From assembly GCA_964561885.1 (NCBI GenBank), contig CAZLRE010000002.1:1-35303 (forward strand): 35,303 bases of DNA, given 5' to 3'. The DNA comes from an uncultured Planctomycetales bacterium (GTDB lineage Bacteria > Omnitrophota > Gorgyraeia > Zapsychrales > Fredricksoniimonadaceae). The position numbers and the translations under genes were made by a program. Every line of letters begins with the position of its first letter. The stretch's first letter is position 1. Positions 8,466 through 14,353 of this stretch are shown here, piece by piece. The notes below the pieces were generated by a model. It ran no database searches and was not told where the DNA came from. It saw nothing but the letters and a program-made list of their open reading frames with translations.

Positions 8466-8715
8466 GATCGAGATCAAGAAATCTGCAGTCCAAGAGATCA
8501 AGAAACTCCCCAGCCGTGAACTAAAAAACATTTTAGCTAAAATTGATTCTTTGGCCGACAGTCCAAGAGGGCCTGATACAGTCAAGCTTTCCGCAGAGGA
8601 GAAATATCGGGTACGGGTGGGAGACTACAGGATCCTTTATATGATCGAAGATGCTGTGCTGACCGTCTATGTCGTTAAAGTCGGTCATCGCAAGGATGTT
8701 TATAAGAAGAAATAA
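8452..8715 (+). CDS. Type II toxin, RelE/ParE family
   Basis: 87 aa with the family pattern (YKIEIKKSAVQEIKKLP...KLSAEEKYRVRVGDYRILYMIEDAVLTVYVVKVGHRKDVYKK). Confidence 0.85.
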   Translation: MAKYKIEIKKSAVQEIKKLPSRELKNILAKIDSLADSPRGPDTVKLSAEEKYRVRVGDYRILYMIEDAVLTVYVVKVGHRKDVYKKK

Positions 8716-8749
8716 CGGCATCGTCTTTCTGATCTGCAGGAGAATTGAA

Positions 8750-8992
8750 TTGAAAACCCGAAAAGATTTATGCCCCTGGATCATCGAAGCCTTGGGCCCG
8801 CTGGGCGGGTCGGCGAGGATCGACAAGATCAAAGAATACATCTGGACCCATCACGCCGATGAGATCAGAGACAGCGGGAACTTGCATTTCACTTGGAACG
8901 AGGACATCCTCTGGGCTGCCACACAGCTGCGGTCCAAGGGCGTGCTTAAGAAATCCAGCGATACGCCCAAGAGTGTCTGGGCATTGGTATAA
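8750..8992 (+). CDS. Small stand-alone winged-helix protein, Mrr_N-like
   Basis: AGGAGA (8738-8743) lies 6 nt before TTG 8750. The sequence LCPWIIEALGPLGGSARIDKIKEYIW...WNEDILWAATQLRSKGVLKK resembles the N-terminal wHTH of Mrr-type restriction proteins. The track ORF start at 8669 would overlap relE. Confidence 0.55.
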   Translation: MKTRKDLCPWIIEALGPLGGSARIDKIKEYIWTHHADEIRDSGNLHFTWNEDILWAATQLRSKGVLKKSSDTPKSVWALV

Positions 8993-9009
8993 TTAATCGG
9001 AGACCGCAT

Positions 9010-9630
9010 ATGTGGAATGTTATTTTTTCAATAGTCATGATCTGCTCACTGGCCATTCCCGCGTTCGCGGCGGATGAGAAACCCGCACAGCCGCGGTTTC
9101 CCGTCGAGCATTTAAATGAGGGCGGTTATACGATTTTTATGCGTCACACCAAGCGCGATGATGTGCCCTCCCAGGCCAAATTAAATGAGATTGACCGCAC
9201 GTCAAGCTGTGAGCCCGGCGGGTCTTTGAACAGCGAGGGAGAGGCCGAGTCACGCGTCATCGCCCAGGCTATCAAATCACTCGCAATACCCGCAGGTGAA
9301 GTGCTGGCAAGCCCCACCTGCCGCACCAAACAGATGGCGCGCATCATCTTCGGCGATGATTTCAAGATCGAAAATGTTCTGGCCCCGGATTCGGTGCGGG
9401 ATGCCTCGCAGAGCGCCGAAGATGCCGCAGCCTTAAAAGCGCTGCTGACCAGGCCCGTGCCTGCGGGCACCAACCGTTTTTTGATCTCGCACGGCAAATT
9501 GATGACCGCCAAAACCGTAGGCATGGATGTTCCTCTGGAACAAAGCCAGGCCGCGGTGTTCCGCTCGGATGCCCAGGGCGGGTTTGAATTTTTGGGCATC
9601 ATCAAGCCGGAGGAGTGGGGGAATAATTAG
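9010..9630 (+). CDS. Secreted histidine phosphatase superfamily protein
   Basis: Signal peptide MWNVIFSIVMICSLAIPAFA. RH motif in YTIFMRHTKRD and second catalytic His in FLISHGKLM. GGAGA lies 6 nt upstream of the ATG. Confidence 0.7.
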   Translation: MWNVIFSIVMICSLAIPAFAADEKPAQPRFPVEHLNEGGYTIFMRHTKRDDVPSQAKLNEIDRTSSCEPGGSLNSEGEAESRVIAQAIKSLAIPAGEVLASPTCRTKQMARIIFGDDFKIENVLAPDSVRDASQSAEDAAALKALLTRPVPAGTNRFLISHGKLMTAKTVGMDVPLEQSQAAVFRSDAQGGFEFLGIIKPEEWGNN

Positions 9631-9657
9631 AACTTATTTCATAAATAGCGTACATAT

Positions 9658-9728
9658 GTCATTCCCGCCCGCCGAAGGCAGAGCGGGAATCCACCTTCGT
9701 CTGGATATTCGCTTTCGAGGGTATGATA
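9658..9728. repeat. REP-like palindromic element (GTCATTCCCGC...GCGGGAAT class)
   Basis: Stem ATTCCCGC (9661-9668) / GCGGGAAT (9683-9690), followed by a degenerate second half TGGATATTCGCTTTCGAGGGTATGA. The spurious ORF through it translates as MSFPPAEGRAGIH. Confidence 0.5.
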
Positions 9729-9766
9729 AAATGCAAGACAGCATTTATGAGATGAGTTCTAATTGG

Positions 9767-9845
9767 ACATCGAAATCAAAACGGTGGCTCGGTTTCCTAA
9801 AACCGAGCTCACCAGCTTTCGATGTTGACCCCGCTTCGCGGGTCA
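9767..9845. repeat. Structured three-stem element, copy B
   Basis: - Outer stem: CATCGAAA (9767-9774) / TTTCGATG (9816-9823)
- Enclosed hairpin: GCTCGGTTT-CCTA-AAACCGAGC (9786-9807)
- Adjacent hairpin: TTGACC(C)CGC-TTC-GCGGGTCAA (9824-9845)
Same order and orientation as copy A. Confidence 0.6.
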
Positions 9846-9846
9846 A

Positions 9847-9875
9847 ATTGACAAAAAATTTTAACTGTGATAGAG
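9847..9875 (+). promoter_or_regulatory. Candidate sigma70 promoter for bamD-lptE-holA
   Basis: TTGACA (9847-9852), 17-nt spacer, extended -10 TGaTAGAGT (9867-9875), about 50 nt upstream of ATG 9925. Confidence 0.5.
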
Positions 9876-9924
9876 TGACCGCAATATTCTCATCCTATTA
9901 ACATATCTATCTTTATTAATTTAA

Positions 9925-10887
9925 ATGCGTTTGATCCCACTGAAAATCTTCTCTGTCGCCCTTACCGGGTTTCTTTTAGTTGTTCCTGCCACGTCACACG
10001 CCTTCTGGATCTGGACTCCTGAGACCAATAAATGGATCAACCCCAAATACTCTGTGAAAGACACACCCATGGAGCAATTGGAGGTTGCCAACCAGCTTTT
10101 TGAACAGAAGAATTATGCCGCGGCCATCAAGGAATTCAACAAGCTGGTCAAGCATTATCCCCGTTCACGTGAAGCGGCAGATGCCCAATATTATATCGGC
10201 CGCTCGCAGGAAGAGATGGGTAATGTTAGCGAGGCCTTTAAGGCTTATCAGGTGGTCATCGACAAATATCCTTTTTCCGAACGCGCCGCCGAGATCGTGG
10301 ACAACCAGTTTGATATGGCGGTCGATCTCATGGAAGGCAAGTACGGCTCAAGCAAGTGGGCTAAACTTGTGACCGGCGGCGATTATCAGGTCATTGAAAT
10401 TTTCAGACAGGTCATCAAGAACGCGCCCTACGGCAAACACGCCGGGGAAGCGCAGTACAAGATCGGGCTGTATCTTAAAGAAAAGAAACTTTATCAGGAA
10501 GCCCGCGATGAGTTCGAGAAAACCATCAACGATTATCCCAACACCGAATGGGCCAAGGCGGCCAAATATCAGATCGCGCTGACGGATTCCATGCGCGGCA
10601 CCGACATCCAGCGCGACCAGCAGACCACCACGACCGCGGTCAGCGAATTCAAGGAATTCATCGAGCAGCATCCGGACACGGAACTCTCCGAAAAGGCCAA
10701 AGAGCATGTGGCCGCGCTGCGCAACAAGGAAGCGGAGAACAATTTTCTCATCGCCCAGTTCTATGCCAAGCAGAAAAATTACAAGGCGGCCAAGGTGTAT
10801 TTCAACACGATCATCAATGACTATGAAGACACCGCCTGGGCCAAGAAGGCTTTAGAAAAACTCCAGGAATTGGGGAAGAAAGAATGA
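9925..10887 (+). CDS. bamD: Outer membrane protein assembly factor BamD-like TPR protein
   Basis: Signal peptide, then repeated TPR/YfiO-like units (AAIKEFNKLVKHYPRSREAADAQYYIGRS, AFKAYQVVIDKYPFSERA, ARDEFEKTINDYPNTEWAKAAKYQIA, AKVYFNTIINDYEDTAWAKKA). No lipobox cysteine. Confidence 0.75.
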   Translation: MRLIPLKIFSVALTGFLLVVPATSHAFWIWTPETNKWINPKYSVKDTPMEQLEVANQLFEQKNYAAAIKEFNKLVKHYPRSREAADAQYYIGRSQEEMGNVSEAFKAYQVVIDKYPFSERAAEIVDNQFDMAVDLMEGKYGSSKWAKLVTGGDYQVIEIFRQVIKNAPYGKHAGEAQYKIGLYLKEKKLYQEARDEFEKTINDYPNTEWAKAAKYQIALTDSMRGTDIQRDQQTTTTAVSEFKEFIEQHPDTELSEKAKEHVAALRNKEAENNFLIAQFYAKQKNYKAAKVYFNTIINDYEDTAWAKKALEKLQELGKKE

Positions 10888-11411
10888 GAATGCTCGCCGG
10901 TTTGAAAATGCTGGTCATCGGTTTACTTCTTGCCGCAGGGTGCGGATATTCAACCGGGTCTTTGCTGCCAAGTAAATTCCGGACCATCAGTGTCGAGCCT
11001 TTTAAAAATAAAGTTTCTTACGCGCAAAGCCGTTCGAGCACCTATATTCCGTTGCTTGAAGTCAAGGCGCGCGATGCCATCGCCAGCCGGTTCTTGTTCG
11101 ACGGCCATCTGCGCATCGGGGATCCCGACACCGCTGATCTAATTCTGCGCGGCGAGCTGATCGGTCTTGAGCGCCAGGAACTGCGCCTGACCGACAATGA
11201 GGATGTGCAGGAATTCCGCGTGAACATCATCGTTGATCTGACGCTTTGGGATCCGGTCGAGCAAAAAGTAGTCTGGCATGAACCCAGCTTCGCGGGTGAG
11301 GCCACCTATTTTGTTTCCGGTCCGCTCGCCAAATCGGAAAGCGCCGCGGTTGCCGAGGCATTGGACGATCTGGCCCGCAGGGCGGTTGAACGCACCCTGG
11401 AAGATTGGTAG
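10884..11411 (+). CDS. lptE: LptE-like LPS-assembly lipoprotein
   Basis: ATGA overlap with the bamD stop. Lipobox LLLAAGC followed by GYSTGSLLP...ISVEPFKNKV. Sits immediately upstream of holA, as in the E. coli lptE-holA arrangement. Confidence 0.7.
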   Translation: MRMLAGLKMLVIGLLLAAGCGYSTGSLLPSKFRTISVEPFKNKVSYAQSRSSTYIPLLEVKARDAIASRFLFDGHLRIGDPDTADLILRGELIGLERQELRLTDNEDVQEFRVNIIVDLTLWDPVEQKVVWHEPSFAGEATYFVSGPLAKSESAAVAEALDDLARRAVERTLEDW

Positions 11412-11417
11412 TTTCAG

Positions 11418-11485
11418 GTGCCCCAGCACCCAGTCTCCAGAGACCCAGTAAAATCCTGGGACGCTGGAGAATCGGGGCACTGGGG
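11418..11485 (+). other. Long imperfect hairpin in the lptE-holA spacer
   Basis: Nested stems GTGCCCC/GGGGCAC (11418-11424 / 11474-11480), TCTCCAG/CTGGAGA (11434-11440 / 11464-11470) and CCCAG-TAAAATC-CTGGG (11444-11460). No T-run follows. Confidence 0.4.
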
Positions 11486-11505
11486 TTCTTCCCAACAAGG
11501 ACCCC

Positions 11506-12159
11506 ATGGCTTATCTCCTAGTCGGTCACAATCCCCAGAAGAAAGACGAGAAATTAAACGGCCTTAAGGACAAATTCTTTAAAGACCCGTCTGCCGCTGC
11601 CTTCGATTACGAAACCCTTTCCGCCCATAAACTCGATTCTGATGATCTTAAAAAATCGCTGTTGAGCCTGCCGCATGTGGCCTCTGTGCGTATGGTCGTC
11701 ATCCGTCAATGCGAACGGTTGAACGAACACAATCGTGAATTGGTTCTCGAAGTCCTTCAGGAAAAGCCCAAAACCCTTGAACTCGTGCTTGATTTTGAAG
11801 AGGTTGACCAGAAGTCAGCTTTTTTTTCGAAGTTAAAACCATTGACCCAGATCCTCAGCATTGAAACGGAAAAGACCGCCAATGTTTTTGACATGACGCG
11901 TTTGATCTCGGCGCGTGATACGGTGGGCGCCATCAAGATGCTGCATCAGCTCATGGAAAATAACGCGCATCCGCTGCAGATCATGGGCGGGCTGGTGTGG
12001 TATTGGGGCAAGGAGCGGGAGCGTCTGGACGCGCGGCGTTTTGTGCAGGGGCTCATGGTCCTTGAAGAAGGGGACCTGAACATCAAACGCAGTAAATTAA
12101 ACCCCGAACACGCGGTTGAAAAAGTGGTCGTTGAGTTAGCGCTGCTGCAGGGAGCTTGA
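11506..12159 (+). CDS. holA: DNA polymerase III delta subunit, unusually short (217 aa)
   Basis: HolA-like N-terminus (AYLLVGHNPQKKDEKLNGLKDKF) and C-terminal domain pattern (HPLQIMGGLVWYW...VLEEGDLNIKRSKLNPEHAVEKVVVEL). Position after lptE supports the call. Confidence 0.6.
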   Translation: MAYLLVGHNPQKKDEKLNGLKDKFFKDPSAAAFDYETLSAHKLDSDDLKKSLLSLPHVASVRMVVIRQCERLNEHNRELVLEVLQEKPKTLELVLDFEEVDQKSAFFSKLKPLTQILSIETEKTANVFDMTRLISARDTVGAIKMLHQLMENNAHPLQIMGGLVWYWGKERERLDARRFVQGLMVLEEGDLNIKRSKLNPEHAVEKVVVELALLQGA

Positions 12160-12292
12160 TAAGAGGGAAGATAGAAGAGGGAGGAGAGAAGATAAGAAGG
12201 TTTAAAGAAGGAAGCGAGATGATTTTGACAGTCTTTGAAAGAAATGTTTTTGTTTTTTCTTCCTTCTTCTATCTTCTCTCTTCCTTCTTTGA
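12159..12292. terminator. Purine-tract / pyrimidine-tract inverted repeat between convergent holA and rpsT (possible bidirectional terminator)
   Basis: A ~40-nt almost pure A/G tract (12159-12200) faces a ~38-nt almost pure C/T tract (12252-12289). AAGAAGGAAG (12204-12213) pairs perfectly with CTTCCTTCTT (12258-12267). GAGAGAAGATA..AGAAGG (12184-12200) pairs with CCTTCTTCTATCTTCTCTC (12261-12279). Confidence 0.4.
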
Positions 12293-12298
12293 CCAGAG

Positions 12299-12559
12299 CT
12301 ATTTCGCTGCGGCAACTAACTTAGCGAAGCGGGCTTTGCGGCGGGCAGCGGTCTTTTTGTGCAGAACATTGCGTTTGGCCGCTTTATCAAGCTTCTTATA
12401 AACGTTCTTCAAAAGTTCAGCAGCATTTTCTTTCTTGGTCTCGACCGTCTGGGTAAACAGCTTAAGGGTCTTTTTGAGATCGGTCTTGATGTCCAGATTT
12501 TGCATGTGTCTGGTGCGGTTTTTTCTTAATTCCTTGATCGCGGTGCGTCGTTGTGGCAC
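12299..12559 (-). CDS. rpsT: 30S ribosomal protein S20
   Basis: 86 aa, MPQRRTAIKELRKNRTRHMQN...HKKTAARRKARFAKLVAAAK. GTG start preceded by AAAGGAGA. Confidence 0.95.
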   Translation of the reverse strand: MPQRRTAIKELRKNRTRHMQNLDIKTDLKKTLKLFTQTVETKKENAAELLKNVYKKLDKAAKRNVLHKKTAARRKARFAKLVAAAK

Positions 12560-12617
12560 GGTAAGTCTCCTTTTTGGTCAATGTCCTAAGGCCCTTTTGG
12601 GTCTCAAATAGGCGCTC

Positions 12618-12646
12618 AATATAGCAAAGAGCCTTTGGCATGTCAA
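12618..12646 (-). promoter_or_regulatory. Near-consensus sigma70 promoter for rpsT
   Basis: On the minus strand: TTGACA (complement of 12641-12646), 17-nt spacer, TATATT (complement of 12618-12623). The -35 overlaps the murJ ATG (12640-12642). Confidence 0.55.
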
Positions 12647-14226
12647 ATACTAAATCCGGCACAGCTTCATCCAAAAAGACCATTCTCAAGTCCACATCCA
12701 TCCTATCAGCCGGGACGTTTCTCTCTCGTGTTCTAGGGTTTATCCGCGACATGATCTTCGCCAACATGCTGGGTACGGCCGCCATGGCCGATGCCTTTTT
12801 TGTGGCTTTTCGTATCCCCAACCTTCTGCGCGACTTGGTGGGTGAGGGGGCGACCAACTCCGCTCTGATCCCGGTCCTTTCCCGTTATGTTGAACAAAAT
12901 GACAACAAGAAGACCGTTTCTTTCTTAAGCGCGGTGGTGGTGTGGGCTCTGTTGGTCCTGGGAGGTTTGACGGTTTTGGGGATCATATTCGCTCCTGCGG
13001 TTGTCGGGGCCATTGCCCCGGGATTTTCCGCGGACCCGGTCAAATTTAAGACCACGGTTGAGCTGACGCGCATCATGTTCCCGTATCTGATCTTTATCGG
13101 ACTGACCGCCTATTCCATGGGTGTTTTGTATACCTATGGTTCGTTCACGGCTCCGGCCTTCAGCTCCTGTTTTCTCAATGTTGTCCTGATCCTGACCACC
13201 ATCATGGCTGCGCAGTATATGGATAATGCGGTTTATATTCTGGCGGCAGGCGTTCTGTTGGGCGGTATCGCCCAACTGGTCTATCAATGGATCCCGCTGC
13301 GAAAGTTGGACCTGCGTTTTGAAATGCCCAAAACGCTGCGGCACGAAGGGGCGGCCAGGATGGGCAGGCTTTTGATGCCTCGGCTTTGGGGAAGCGCGGT
13401 GTATCAGTCCAATGTGTTCATCGATACCTTTTGCGCATCGTTGTCGGCCATTGTCGGCGCGGGCGGTATTTCCGCGATCTATTATTCGAACCGCATCGTT
13501 CAGTTCCCGCTGGGGATCTTTGGTGTTGCGCTCGCCTCGGCATCTCTGCCTGCGCTTTCCGGATACGCGGCCCGCAATGATATGGCCGGGCTGCGTTCCA
13601 CGCTTTTGTTTTCACTCAAGAACATCCTCTTTATGCTATTACCGGCGAGCGTGACGGCGATGGTGCTTGCGGTGCCTATTGTGCGGGTCGTTTTTGAACG
13701 CGGAGCGTTCGATCCCTATTCAACCGCGATCACATCCGGCGCTCTGGAATACTACGCGATCGGCCTGACAGCTTTCGGAGGCATGAAGGTGATCGTTTCG
13801 GCATTTTATGCACTGGGTGACACGCGCACGCCGGTCAAGATCGCCGCGCTCGGGCTTGTCATCAATCTGGTTTTGAATTTTGCGCTCATGTATCCTTTGA
13901 AAGTCAGCGGGATCGCGCTGGCCAGCAGCATTTCCGGAATTGTGAATTTCTCGATCCTTTTTTATCTTTTGCACAAAAGGATAGGCGGGTTAACCAAGGA
14001 GATCGGTGAGCTTTTATGGAAAATGAGCGTGCCGTTACTGGTCATGGCTGTCGTGCTGCTTAAAAGTTTTAACTTGATTTCTTTTGAGAACGCCTGGCTG
14101 AAGATCGTGCTCGTCATGATCATAGGTGTGTTGAGCTTTTTGGCAGCGGCGCTGGTTTTCAAGATCGAGCCGGCGGTGGCTTGCGTGCGCTGGTTAAGTA
14201 ACAAATTCAAGAACGGAAATACATAA
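12640..14226 (+). CDS. murJ: Lipid II flippase MurJ (MviN)
   Basis: 528-aa polytopic protein with the MurJ N-terminal signature (SILSAGTFLSRVLGFIRDMIFANMLGTAAMADAFFVAFRIPNLLRDLVGEGATNSALIPV). Confidence 0.92.
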   Translation: MSNTKSGTASSKKTILKSTSILSAGTFLSRVLGFIRDMIFANMLGTAAMADAFFVAFRIPNLLRDLVGEGATNSALIPVLSRYVEQNDNKKTVSFLSAVVVWALLVLGGLTVLGIIFAPAVVGAIAPGFSADPVKFKTTVELTRIMFPYLIFIGLTAYSMGVLYTYGSFTAPAFSSCFLNVVLILTTIMAAQYMDNAVYILAAGVLLGGIAQLVYQWIPLRKLDLRFEMPKTLRHEGAARMGRLLMPRLWGSAVYQSNVFIDTFCASLSAIVGAGGISAIYYSNRIVQFPLGIFGVALASASLPALSGYAARNDMAGLRSTLLFSLKNILFMLLPASVTAMVLAVPIVRVVFERGAFDPYSTAITSGALEYYAIGLTAFGGMKVIVSAFYALGDTRTPVKIAALGLVINLVLNFALMYPLKVSGIALASSISGIVNFSILFYLLHKRIGGLTKEIGELLWKMSVPLLVMAVVLLKSFNLISFENAWLKIVLVMIIGVLSFLAAALVFKIEPAVACVRWLSNKFKNGNT

Positions 14227-14232
14227 CATAAG

Positions 14233-14335
14233 ACGTCATTGCGAGCCCCGCCAAGCGGGGCGAAGCAATCTTATACGCGAGTAAGATTGCTTCGCTCAAC
14301 ACATTTGTTGACGCGGGTTTCGCTCGCAACGACGT
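14233..14335. repeat. Nested-palindrome (REP-like) element, GTCATTGCGAG / GCGAAGCAATCTTA family
   Basis: Outer stem ACGTCATTGCGAG (14233-14245) / CTCGCAACGACGT (14323-14335) encloses three hairpins:
- CCCCGC-CAA-GCGGGG
- GCGAAGCAATCTTA-N8-TAAGATTGCTTCGC (14260-14295)
- TCAACA-CATT-TGTTGA (14296-14311). Confidence 0.6.
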
Positions 14336-14353
14336 ATATTCCGATTTTTTATC

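Noticed and set aside
8669-8749. N-terminal 27 codons of the 107-aa ORF
   Set aside because: This stretch overlaps the relE 3' end in another frame. A good AGGAGA-N6-TTG start at 8750 gives an 80-aa winged-helix domain.
8044-9845. Idea that the two structured elements are integron attC sites flanking cassettes
   Set aside because: I find no RYYYAAC/GTTRRRY core sites at the stem ends. No element separates the individual genes, the TA operon has its own promoter, and no intI is in the window.
9527-9901. 124-aa plus-strand ORF across the 9631-9924 spacer
   Set aside because: It overlaps the phosphatase 3' end in another frame and then reads through two palindromic repeat elements (MSFPPAEGRAGIH..., FDVDPASRVKL). 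This is the typical spurious translation of REP-like repeats.
12156-12401. 81-aa plus-strand ORF starting at the holA stop
   Set aside because: It is produced by reading through the purine and pyrimidine tracts (EEGGEKIRRFKEGS...SSFFYLLSSFF) and then runs antisense to rpsT. It is a repeat artefact.
12462-12857. 131-aa minus-strand ORF spanning the rpsT 5' end and murJ start
   Set aside because: It overlaps two well-supported genes and the divergent promoter. It has no RBS and no motif.
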